Origin: Octopus sinensis
Taxonomy: Eukaryota
Assembly: GCF_006345805.1 (NCBI RefSeq)
Contig: NC_042998.1
Coordinates: 85,002,001-85,066,000, forward strand
Length of the DNA: 64,000 bases
Reading direction: 5' to 3'
This document shows, in pieces, positions 51,936-64,000 of this stretch. The notes under the pieces are model-generated. The model worked only from the letters and a program-made list of their open reading frames with translations, ran no database searches and was not told where the DNA came from. Each line of letters begins with the position of its first letter. Within the stretch, counting starts at the first letter, position 1. The position numbers and the translations under genes are program-made.

Positions 51936-52587
51936 TTTTAACAGAAATATAGTGACAAAAGAACTAACTTGTGTTCATGCATAAAACACATATAGTAAAA
52001 ATGTCTCCTTATTAAGAAATGATTCATTGATTTATTCTTTTTAAATATGCTAAGTTTTTACACATACTTGTGTACAGCATTGTACATCTACTTTAACAAA
52101 AATGATGACATCCATGGTTTGCTGAAGAGGTCTAATAAAAGCTGAATTACTGCTGAAGTTGTCTCCCATAATTGTTGAATTGATTAAAATACATATCATT
52201 TGGCTAATGTTGTCTTTTTCTCACCAAATGATTATTTCTAGTTAGATCCTTTATGCTTATTGCATTAAATAGTTCTACATCATTTAACTATTGTTTTATT
52301 AAGACATTCAATCGTAGGTAGCAATAGTACAACATATGACCTTGATAGCAACAATAACGATGGTGCTGATGATGTGAGTATTTCATATTGAGATTGTTAG
52401 TAAATTTATGGTAAGTCAAAACAGAGAGATAGCCTGTTATGCAGTTACACTAAATGGTAGAAATGACAGCTAATGTTTCCCTCAAATTACACACCATATC
52501 TGAAAAATGAAAGGACTCATTTTATGATACAGTCCAACTACTACTATTGCTGATGCTGCTATGCTGCTGCTGCTGTTGCTACTACTG

Positions 52588-52628
<41 letters not shown>

Positions 52629-53273
52629 GGCAAAACACTCAGGCTTGGTTAAAAATGTACCAAACAGATTATGTAAATAAATGTCACATTTAGATTCCAT
52701 AGTTTTCATTTACCTGAAATATTACTATTAAAATATAAAAGAAAAATGGTGAGGGAAGATACCAGCACAGGCAGTGGAAAGTAAAAGTAAAAGAATAAAA
52801 GAAAAACGAAAGCTTTTATCTGGTATTTATTTTGTCAAGGATGTGACAAAAATCATTATCAAACTCTCAGTCAGTTGATCAGCAATTATATTATTACCTC
52901 ATACACTTTACAGCTTGATTTGTATTCAAGGCCAACTCCATGAATAGAAGCGAAGTCACGTTAGTATTTAATGCACAAGAATCTTCAAACTATTAAATAA
53001 GACAAATTCTTTTGTTCCTCCACCTCCTATACTGCCTTCTCTCTCTCTCTCCCACTGTCTTTTTTCCTCCTATTTTCTTCCTCCTCTTTATACATTTCAT
53101 TCGACCTCCTCCTTCACTATGTTATGCTAATAACAATAAGTTAGAGCATAGATCAGTGGTTCTTAACCAGGGTCCATATAAGATTTTGTTGTAAAAACTC
53201 ATCTGTAACAAATTGCTTATATTTCTATGATACACAAAATATTTTAATTTTTTTAATAAAATTCCTAATAATA

Positions 53274-53487
53274 TTCTGTTGTCTGGGGAGAGTCATTTTC
53301 TTTTTGTGCCTTATAATTTAACACACTCACCGGTAAAATTTCCACTTATTCAAGACTATTGAAAAGGTTGCGAGATGCAACAAAAATTTTAGGAAAATAA
53401 AAATAAGAAATAAGTGGAAATTTTACTGGTGAGTGTGTTAAATTATAAGGCACAAAAAGAAAATGACTCTCCCCAGACACAACAGAA
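53274..53487. mobile_element. Fold-back MITE with ~77-bp inverted arms
   Basis: Arms 53274-53350 and 53409-53487 differ by a 2-nt indel and one substitution. A related single arm lies at about 33101-33225. Confidence 0.85.
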
Positions 53488-54912
53488 AATGCTTCAACAC
53501 ACAGACTCATATAAAGAATCTTGCAAACCAAATCCCAAAACGAAATCCTAATAATATTTAATTATAAAAATACAGTAGAATTTTTTTTTATATACATTGA
53601 ATGGCTATGGTGGTCCAGTAGAGTAAGATATGAATCAATGGGGTCGATAGGCAACAAAGGATTGGAAATTACTGGCATAGATGATTGGGAGGATAGAGTA
53701 GTTAGACTAGCAAGCCAACTGGGAGATTGACAGTTCATATCCTGTCACCATAGTAGGGACCCCAAGGCACTTAACTATAGAATACCCTAACCATCTGACT
53801 ATAAATGATTCTAGCAAAAGCACACTATTTATTTGAAGGATTGGTAGGGAATAGGGTATTTTACTGGTTCTCATTTATTGAATATGGAAGGATAAAATGT
53901 TAGGTTGACCTTGGCAAGATTTGAACTCAAACTGTAAGACTATTAATAAATGCTACACAGTAACAATAACTAATTCACTGCTGTAGGTGGTGGTAGCACT
54001 AAAATTGCTAAGTGTTTTGTTAGCATGCAGAGTTGGGTTCAGTTTCCTTTGGTACAGTTGTTGTTGTTTAGTCATGGCCGAACCTGTTTGAGCAGACCTG
54101 TGATCAAGGATGTTCTAGCCAAGACCGAGCATTCAATTATTCAAGTTAGCTGAACATTTGACTCATTAAACTAATGCCTAAGTGGCTGAATATTCCACAC
54201 ATGTAGCCTTAATATAACCCCTAAACTGAATCAGCATGACACTATGAGACAACGCTGAAACTTTGCAACTACTGTTTCAATCCATCTGATGGGCTTCCAC
54301 ACAGTTTCCACCTTCCAAATTTCATTTTAACGCTTGGGTAGACGGGTTAAGACACTTGCATAAATTGGTTAAGACACTTGCCCAAGATGTTATGTAATGG
54401 GATTGAATCTGGGAGCTCACGGCTGTAAAGTAATTGAACTTTCAGCTATGTCAATTTCCATTCATAGTATTTTCATTGGACTACATTAAAGATAGTAAAG
54501 TGCATTGAGGGAGATTTCACTGCTATTTCTAGCAAATCTGGTGACTGCGTAACAGCATCCTTGTCAGTTCATACTTCCTCTGTTGGAATACTTTCAAGAG
54601 CAATGGTCTCTACCCACCTGGCTTTCTCCAGACAGGCTGTAGTCTTCAATCTTCAATGGTGTCTCTGTAACAATCTTTTGAATTTCATAATGTGTTGGTG
54701 ATCTTTCTTTTACTTGTTTCAGTCATTGAACTGTGGCCATGCTGGGGCACTGCCTTAAAGGGCTCGTCAAACAAATTGGCCCCAGTGCATTTTTTAAAGT
54801 TTGGTACTTATTCTATCAGTCACTTTTACTGAACTATTAGGTCACAAGGGTGTAAACCAATTGTCAAGCAGTGAAGGAACAAACACAATAACATGAAGCC
54901 TGCTGTGTGCAT

Positions 54913-54952
<40 letters not shown>

Positions 54953-56939
54953 ATGTGCATGCATGTGAGTGTGTGGTGTATTTGTGTTTGTGTGTATGTG
55001 TGTGCATATTTTTGTATGTGTGTGTCTGTGCACATGCTTGTGTGAGTGAGTGAGTGTGTGTATGCGCACACGTGTGTGTGTGTGTTTCAAGGAAGTCGGT
55101 AAAGAAGGGACACCACTGTATTTGCAGAAGAATGAACACACACACACATATCAATGTCTGAAAAGTTTTAGTCAACACTTTATTTAAAGACATGTACAAG
55201 CCTCGTCTTTATGTACAACATCTTCATGAACAGAGATAAACAAGGAAGAGAGATCAGCCATGTTAGTTACAATCCTGTGTTGGTATTTCATCAGTGACTG
55301 AGTACTCTCTTTTATAGTCCACAGCAATACTACTTATCTACACATACAGTGTTAGCTAAAATCTATAGATATGTTCTATACAAGTTATTAAGGAGCTCAC
55401 TTTGAAACTATGTGGCTTTGGGTTTAGTCTCACTGCATGGAACCTTAGACAAGTGTCTCTTACTATAGTCCCAGACCAACCATTGCCTTGGGGGTGAATT
55501 TAGTGGATGTAAACTGTGTCAAAACCTATCATGTGTGTGGGAGTGTATCTTTGTGTCTGTGTTTGTCCCACCACCACCACTGCTTGACAACTGTGTTTGT
55601 TTGTTTACGTCCCTATAACTGAGCAGTTCAGCAAAAGAGACCAATAGAATAAGTACTAGACTTAAGATATTAGTACTGGTTGGTTTGTTTAATTAAAACT
55701 CTTCAAGGGGGTGCCCCCAACATGGCTGTAGTCCAGTGACTGAAACAAGTAAAAGAAGAAAAAATGAACGTATAGCATTGAAACAAAAGACTGTTAACTC
55801 ATTTGTAATTAATATATTTCCCTAATGAATGTTTCTGTTTTACTTGTTTCATTTGTTTGACAGTGGCCATGCTGGAGCATCGCCTTCAAGGCTTTAGTTG
55901 AACAAATTGAACTCAGGACCCATTTTTTTTATTTTGTGTCTCTTTTGCCGAACTGCTAAGTTAAGGGAATGTAAGTGCACCAATATCAGTTGTCAAGCAA
56001 TGGTGGGGGGGACAAACATAGACACAAAGACACACACACATAAATATATACATGTATATACACACACACACACACACACAGTAGAGAGCAGTTGCCATAT
56101 TCCCTTCCATATCAGCTAACCCTGATGAGCGTAAAGTTATATAATAGAATTGTTACCTAACATTCCATTGTATTCTTTATGCAAAACTGATTGGTAAGAC
56201 CAGCCATGATGAATATACTTTTTGGATAATATATGTATATGTGTATATATACGATGGGCTTCTTTCAGTTTCTGTCTACCAAATCTACTCACAAGGCTTT
56301 GGTTAACCCAAGGCTGTAGTAGAAGATACTTGCCCAAGGTGCCATGCAGTGAGATTGAACCCGGAACCATGTGGTTGGGAAGCAAGCTTCTTACCACATA
56401 GCCATGTCTATGTTAAAGATTTTTATGATAATGAGGTAGACAATGGATTGAGGTTATTGAAGACTTATGATTTCAGTAACTGATAGTTTTGGTAACATTA
56501 TGATAAATATTAAGCATAAACCCCTCTAGCTCTTGTTTCTTCCATTCACTGATCATTACCACCTCTCTGCCTTCTGTCTCTTGTTATCTCGTCTTCCTCC
56601 ATTGCTACTTTACTGTCTAATTACAAGAGAAAAGAACAATCAAGGTCAAGAATATTTTATTTCCCTTTGAAAGTGTAACATTCAGACACATGCTGTAACA
56701 TGCAGACAAATGTTGCATTGACTTAGGAATTTCTTCTACCACTTTTACCACAACCAGTTAGAATAACCTTTCACCTTACAGTTAGTTAAGCTCTACCACC
56801 TCTCTTTAATGTAGCCCCCTCTCTCTCATGATATGATAATTATTTAGTATTTTATATGAGAAATTGGTGAAACAATCATATTAAACTGTAATATTTTTTT
56901 AAATATTGCTATTCATTTCTTTATTGCCTACAGGGATAG

Positions 56940-57140
56940 GGGGGTAAACATAGAGAGGACAAACAAGGATAGACAAAGGGATTAAGTCGATTACATTGAC
57001 CCCAGTGCATAACTGGTACTTAATTTATCGACCCCGAAAGGATGAAAGGCAAAGTCAACCTTGGCAGAATTTGAACTCAGAATGTAAAGGCAGATGAAAT
57101 ACCACTAAGCATTTTGCCCAGTGTGCTGTTTCTGCCAGCT
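56940..57140 (-). mobile_element. aaggcggc SINE copy, CpG-decayed, with tgtccttgtttgtcc-type tail
   Basis: Reverse complement matches the family at 2053-2505. Confidence 0.8.
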
Positions 57141-57959
57141 TGCTCCCTTTAACAATATTCCTATTGTTATTGAGAGAATAAGCATACATCAGGAAATCAA
57201 TTTTGGTTAGTTTCTGAACGGAAATTAGTAATATTGAGTGGTACTTGTCCTTATATATATATATATATATATATATCATCATTATCATTATTTTTAACAT
57301 CCACTTTTCCTTGCTTGCAATTCATTTTTGAAGTGTGTTGCCTATGACCAGATGCCCTTCCTGTCACCAACCCTTAGCTAAACATGATTTTCATAGAAGA
57401 TTGGATATGAAGGATGATGACACTTGTTTACAACAATCACTTGATGAAGGGACCACATAAAAGGACCACAAAATATATTGACATGTGGTGGTAGAGAAGA
57501 CTCTTCAAACACCTGAAGAAAAACAAATGCAAGACTACTACTACATGAGCCTCACTGCATTTTCCTAATTATGAGATCTGTTTTAGTAGAAATGGCTACT
57601 TCCTTCAAGACATGCCTTTGTCATTAATTCAAAGCTGGTTGGGAATTCAAAGCTGCTCATATCATCCTCATCATCATCATTATCATCATTATCATCACCA
57701 TTTAACGCCCATTGTCCATGTTGGCATGGGTTGAACAGTTTGACTGGGCTGGCATGCTGGAAGCCTGCACCAGGCTCCAGTCTGATTTGGCATGGTTTTC
57801 TATGACGCCAAAAACCCTGAGAGTGTAATGGGTGCTTTTACGTTCCACTGGCACAGGTGCCATTTGCATGACACTGGTATCTGCCCCAACTGATTTTGCT
57901 TGGCTTGATGGGTCTTCTTCTCAAGCACGACACAATGCCAAAGGTCTTGGTCATTGCCT

Positions 57960-58157
57960 CTGTGAGGCCCAAACTTGGCCACTTTTCTGCCATGAGGGCC
58001 AGTGCACAAAAGGAACTTGGCCACTTTGCCTCCATGAGGCCCAATGCTCAAAAGGAACTCAGCTACTTTGCCTCCACGAGGCCCAACACTTGAAAGAAAC
58101 TCAGCCACCTTGCCTCCGTGAGACCCACTTGAAAGAAACTCAGCCACTTTGCCTCCT
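57960..58157. repeat. ~42-bp minisatellite, about 5 degenerate copies
   Basis: Unit approximately aaaggaactcagccactttgcctccatgaggcccaacact. Confidence 0.8.
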
Positions 58158-59611
58158 AGTATAGTGAAAAATTAATTGAGTTCAACCGACCAGTCCTTTA
58201 TAATTGTTACACACATGCATGCACAGACGCATGCACTGGGCTTGGGGTAGTGCTATACTAGAAAATTCTGACTGCACATTTTGATCTCATTTATTGTATT
58301 TAGCTAGAAGGTGTTATAATCAGAAATTTCTTAAGGTTTAATCAGAAGAGAAAGCACTGTGTGCATGATTTTCTCTAGGGACCCTCTGAGAACAGTGGAA
58401 AGTAAGTAAGGAATAAGTGTAATTTGCAGGTCATTTTTAAACCAGACCTTCTTGTGGCATAGTAGTTTCCATTAAAGACATCCAAGAGTCAAACTGAGTG
58501 ATAGATTGAGTCTCCAAGCCCAGTATGTTTTATTTTACCAGGTTACTAAATGTTTTGGTCAGCACATATTTTGGCCAGTAAGAACATTTGTTTTTCTCTC
58601 TCATTCACTTTCTCCCTCACACATACATTTTCTTTCTCTGTAGTAGTAATTATCTTATCTGTTTTTATTGGTCTCTGTCTCTTTCTTTCTCTCAGTGTTC
58701 TTCTGTGGTCTTTGTCTTTAATCACTCACACCTTCCAGCTACCCACTTCACACTTTTCTCTCACCCTTCTTCTGTTTGATGAACAGAGACAATGGAATGC
58801 TGAAAGACTCTTCAGTGTTAACTTGTTGAGGACATTATAAGCTCTCAAGAGCTGGTGCTTCAATAAAATGCACCCAATACACTCTTTATAGTTGTTAAAA
58901 TTATGAAGGGCATCCAGCCATAGAAATCATGCCAAAATTTGATAGATCAAGTGATGGATGTGGTTCTCTAATCAATCTATGAGAGTAGCAACTCCAGATA
59001 AGCACAGGGTTGGGCTGTGACAACCAGTCAAATCCATGTCTGCAAAAGAATGACAATGATGGTTTTGTTGATGATGATGATGGTATTGATGACATATTTT
59101 GGTTAGAATATGGATATTGCACTTAGTTTTCAAGTACCATATGCAGAATCTACAATGGGACTGAGTTAAATTTACTATTGTTTAGCTGAGTTATTGTTCT
59201 TAAAAGCAAAACCATCTAAAACCATTAAAACAACTTAAAACCGTTTTTTGTTTTGTGTGTGTGTGTGTGGTGTGTGTGTGTATGTGGAAGGTTGGGTGTG
59301 TATTATTTTGGCAATAATTCAAGGGTATTTTACTTAACAATCATAGTAATAACACTTAATAGCCTAAAAGGTAGGAAGTATGAGATAAACAAACAATTGT
59401 GGTGGACCATATTTCCAGGAAAAGACTGAAACAATGTGAAATTGGAAGTCACAAGAATTGTGCTATGAAACTGTTTAGGAAGAATAAAGTAAAAAATAAG
59501 AAAAAAATGTTATTAATTAATAAAGCCATAATAATGTGTTGTTAATTAATAAAGTCAATGTAATAGAAACATACTTGAACATATTACTTGAATAATAAAA
59601 AAAATATGAGA

Positions 59612-59655
<44 letters not shown>

Positions 59656-59890
59656 TGTTTGTGTGTGTGCGTGTGTGTGTGTGTGTCTGTGAGAAGCATG
59701 TGTGTTTGTTTAGGTTTGTTGAGGAATGGTCAAAGAGAAGTATAAGGGAGGTAGCTGGAAGGAGTGATTAAAGACAGAATAGAGAGAAAGAAAGATGGTG
59801 AGAAAGGATGATACAGAGTAAAGGAGAGAAAGAGAGAGATTCAAAAGTAAAAAAGAAAAGCGAAGGGAGACAGAAACTAAAGAATAGAGG

Positions 59891-59949
<59 letters not shown>

Positions 59950-60089
59950 TCATCATCATCATCAGCATCGTTTAAAGTCTGCTTTCCATGCTAGCATGGG
60001 TTGGATGATTTGACTGAGGACTGGCAAACCAGATGGCTGCACAAGACTCCAATCAGATCTGGCAGGGTTCCTACGTAAGTAAGGCGACA

Positions 60090-60121
<32 letters not shown>

Positions 60122-60139
60122 ATTTATTATATAGAAGGA

Positions 60140-60188
60140 GCTTCTACAGGACTAGAACTGTTTCATTCAAGAGAAATCTTCAGGAAGC
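60140..60188 (-). ncRNA. Inverted identical copy of the hammerhead motif
   Basis: Left arm of the perfect palindrome, so the same motif on the minus strand. Confidence 0.7.
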
Positions 60189-60193
60189 TCAGT

Positions 60194-60242
60194 GCTTCCT
60201 GAAGATTTCTCTTGAATGAAACAGTTCTAGTCCTGTAGAAGC
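60194..60242 (+). ncRNA. Type I hammerhead ribozyme motif (canonical core)
   Basis: Stem I GCTTC/GAAGC; core CTGAAGA; stem II T-TTC-TCTT-GAA-T; GAAA; stem III ACAG/CTGT with an 8-nt loop containing CTAG; GUA triplet with predicted cut after 60237. Confidence 0.7.
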
Positions 60243-60326
60243 TCCTTCTATATAATAAATTATTTTTACTCTGCTATGTATTGAGTACCTTATTTACTGT
60301 GGTTAACCCCGAATCAACCCGGGACC

Positions 60327-60370
<44 letters not shown>

Positions 60371-60622
60371 TGTATACATATACATAAATATATACATATA
60401 TATCACAGTATCAATCAGGCCATCAGATGTTATACACCACTGGTCGCTGGTCATAATGTATTTCCAATTTGCTGTTGATTGCACTATTCTTTTCCATCTT
60501 GAACCAAATTGCCTAAAAATGGTCTTTTTTGATCTCTGGTAATCTGTTACACCACTTACCTAGCGTACCTAGTCCTTTAGATCACCTGTGAACTAAACCT
60601 CCATATTTTGTGTGTGTGTGTG

Positions 60623-60684
<62 letters not shown>

Positions 60685-61324
60685 ATTACAATGGACATAT
60701 GCAGATATAGACAGAATAGAGAGGCAAATGTGAAAGACTGAAAAATAAAGACCAAGCTACTAAAAAATAGAGGGAGGGAGGAGATAGAGAGACAGAGAGT
60801 GGGTGAAGACTGACCTGAATACATACTGTATCACACTACCAAATGGAAACAGCAGATGACATATCACATAATTAAGAGACACCAGAAGGAAACAACAAGT
60901 TATTATTTTGTCTGTTGCTTATGTCTTTATGGTTATGTCACACTGCAATTTCAGAATGATTTGATTTGTATATAATGAAAATATTGGCAAGCAAAGAGAA
61001 AACAGTGTTAGTTCATTGTTAACAGGAGCATGTTGTGACCTAATAAATGCCTCTGTGTGTGTATGTGTGTGTATGTGCATGTTTGTATACATATATATAT
61101 ATATATACACACACACACAAACGTGGATTATATATTTATGTATATGTGTATATTTATATGTATGTTTGCATAAATGTATATATGTGCATGTGTATCATTA
61201 TGTATATACATATACATGTATGTATGTGTACCTATTTATACATGGTTATATATATATGAATATACATAGGCATATGTGTATATGCATTCATGTATGTGTA
61301 TATCTATTTGTATATGCTTATGTA

Positions 61325-61359
<35 letters not shown>

Positions 61360-64000
61360 TTTGTTGATATAATCTGTAAATTTGGCTGATAAAGATCTAA
61401 ATACTATAATCCATCCTGTGTCATTTCCTTGTTTTAATTACATTTTCACAAACATTAATTATCTCACAAGGCCTATGATGTTGACAGAGATGCCAATGCA
61501 GTAAACTAGATGCTATACAGTATTGTATTCTGACTTCCTGGTTCATAGTTCAAATCCTAGTGAATGTAAGACTTTTTTGTGTCTAGGTTTACTGAAATAA
61601 ATGTCAGTTTTATAGTGTATGAAGTTTATAGCTTTTATCTAATAAAGTGTGATCTCTATCTTTCATATAATGAAACACATGAACATTTTATATCTACATA
61701 GGTAGTGGGGTCCTGAAAGTAGCGTTCTTACCTTCCTGAGCTAGTTTTCCACCTCACTTTTTAAAAATGGTGGTAGAAGTCTTGGTCTCAGGATCACTCA
61801 TGTCTAGAAACTGAGGTTTCTATGCTCCCCATAGAAAATCCAGTTCCAAAATAGCCTCATGATAGCAAAGGAGAATAGGCACTAGCCATCCCAAAGGCTG
61901 GGGTGGACTGCACCTGCCTACTTCGGTTGCTATGGCATTGAAGTAGATCCGGCCACCCCCATTAACGAGGACAAAACCTGAATTGAAAACACTGGACGAT
62001 GATGATGATGATGATGATGATGATAGGCAATAGCAAGAAGAAGCATTGGCACAGCTAAATGCTTAAGAAGTTTGGTTCCCAATCATGTGATTTGGGGTTC
62101 AGTTCCACTGTGTGACACCTTGGGCAACTGTCTTCTACTATCACCTTTAGCTTGACTGAAGTCTTATGAGGGAATTTGGTAAAAGAAAACTGAATGATGC
62201 CTGCTGAATCTATGTGTATGAGTATGTGTGTATACACACACACACACACACACATATGAGGTCTTATCTTTATGTATGTGCATGTGTAGAGGAATCCTTT
62301 GTCTTGACATTATGCAATAGTTGTACAAATCGTGTTGTTTCCAATCTTCTGTGAAAACATGTTTGGACATGGGGAAATATTACATTGCTTGGAAACAAGG
62401 GACGGTTAGCAACAGGAAGGACATTTGGCTGTAGAAAATCTGATTCAATAAATTCCCTGACTCCTGTAAGCATGGAAAAAGTGGACATTAAAATTAAAAT
62501 GAAGATGATAAGCATAAAAAGTAAGCTGTTAATTTAAGGTTCCTATTATTTCATAGCTGACTAAAAGGGAATATTTTGTTTTACATCTGCTCTTTAAATT
62601 TCTGTGATAAATAAGGTGAACCCACTGTAAGAAATAGCTTTACCCTTTATTGAACCCCAAAAATGAAGAATATAAATAGAAGTTAACAATTTAAATAACA
62701 CTCTATCAGTTATGATGGTGATGGTTAAATTCAATCCAGTCAATGGAACAACTTGCTCAAGAAATTAGTGTGTAAGTGGCTGAGCACTCCACAGACACAC
62801 CTACCCTTAACATAGTTCTCAGGGAGACTCAGCGTGACACAGAATGTGACAAGGCTGGCCCTTTGAATTACAGGTACAACTCAGTTTTGCCAACTGAGTG
62901 AACTGGAGCAATATGAAATAAGGTGTCTTGCTCAAGGACACACCATGCAACCAGGTATTGAGCTCACAACCTTACAATCTTAAGCCAAATGCCCTTACCA
63001 CTCAGCCATGTGCTTTCACTGAATAGATGTTATATAGATGCAATGGCAAAGCATTTAAGAAGTTCTCTTCAGAACTACTTATTTTGGGGTTCAGTCCCAC
63101 TGCACAGCATTTCAGGCAAGTGCCTTCCTGGGTCAATTAATGCTTTGGGAGTCAATTTGTTATATGGAAAGTGTGTGGAATTTGTGTATGTATGTATGTA
63201 TGTATGTATGTATGTATGTATGTATGTATGTATGTATGTATGTGTGTGTGTGTATGTATGTATGTATGCATGTATGTATGTATGTGTGTGTGTGCATGAC
63301 TTTCTGCTTGTCTCTTCGCTGCCTGACAACTGATGTTGGTTGGTTTACATCTTCATAACAAAACCAGTTAAGAAAAAGAGACTGAGAGAATAAGTATGAG
63401 GTTGGGGTTGATGTTTTTTGACTAAATTCTTTAAGGTGGTGCCCTAGCATGGCCACAATCTAATACTGAAACAAGTAAAAGAAGAATAAAAGAATTATAT
63501 ATATATAGTTATGTTATATCTATACAAAGCACTGTGTAATGTGGTTGGCAAACATGTACAGATAATGTAGGTATGAGAGGACCCTTTTGTCCACATTGAC
63601 ATGGCAACCTCACTAGTTCTGATAATAGGACAGAAGGTACCCAGTGTTCTATGATAAGTGGTTGGTGTTAGGAAGGGCACCCAGCTGTAGACACTATGCT
63701 TAAATTGGAATGTATGAACATGTTACAGTTCTCTGATTTGTCTAAGAGGACAGTGACTTCAAATATGGACTGACACAGGACGTGCTTACTTATCCAATCC
63801 ATGCTAGCATGGAAAACAGATGTAAATAATGATAGTTATAAAGATGTATGTATGTATGTATGTATGTATACATGCATACATAAAATAAGTGTGCGGATAT
63901 ATATATATATATATATATATATAGGAAGGGCATCCAGCTGTAGAAACACTGCCAGATCAGACTGGGCCTGGTGCAGCCTTCTGGTTTCCCAGACCCCAGT

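Larger units (their letters stand above)
60119..60263. repeat. Perfect inverted repeat, 70-bp arms, 5-nt loop
   Basis: 60119-60188 is the exact reverse complement of 60194-60263; loop TCAGT. Confidence 0.96.

Noticed and set aside
54600-54705. Minus-strand coding-like stretch YEIQKIVTETPLK
   Set aside because: More likely a decayed R4/Dong C-terminus (IQKIxLxGT-like) than a host exon; too short to call.
56720-56780. ILTGCGKSG, P-loop-like, on the minus strand
   Set aside because: Spacing is not a Walker A motif, a stop follows immediately, and there is no splice support.

Overview
AT-rich animal genomic DNA, almost entirely intronic or intergenic. The SINE families and the density of (TA)n, (CA)n, (TACA)n and (ATT)n microsatellites look like a cephalopod, probably Octopus (pattern recognition only, no database search). 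No intact host protein-coding gene could be assembled, and most short ORFs in the track are microsatellite or antisense artefacts. Well-supported mobile elements: (1) a full-length RTE-clade LINE (27523-31497) with an 11-bp target-site duplication (TSD), whose single ORF is broken by only two 1-nt deletions; (2) a full-length but decayed Tx1/L1-clade LINE lacking its endonuclease (15117-19172) and an internally deleted R4/Dong-type element (14184-15042), both lying in (ATT)n tracts; (3) a pogo/Tigger transposon with terminal inverted repeats (TIRs), a deleted mariner, MITEs, many tRNA-derived SINEs and LINE scraps. There is also a tRNA-Gln(TTG) gene or pseudogene. The most interesting signals are: several hammerhead-ribozyme motifs in Penelope-like (PLE) repeat remnants, including a back-to-back pair inside a perfect 70-bp-arm palindrome at 60119-60263; recurrent (TA)n-anchored perfect palindromes; a TSD-flanked SINE multimer carrying about 123 bp of neighbouring DNA; two TATA promoter-like sites 17.8 kb apart sharing a 21/24-nt core, with a candidate ATG exon downstream; and a switch from CpG-retaining to CpG-depleted DNA at about 44-46 kb, suggesting a methylation-domain boundary.
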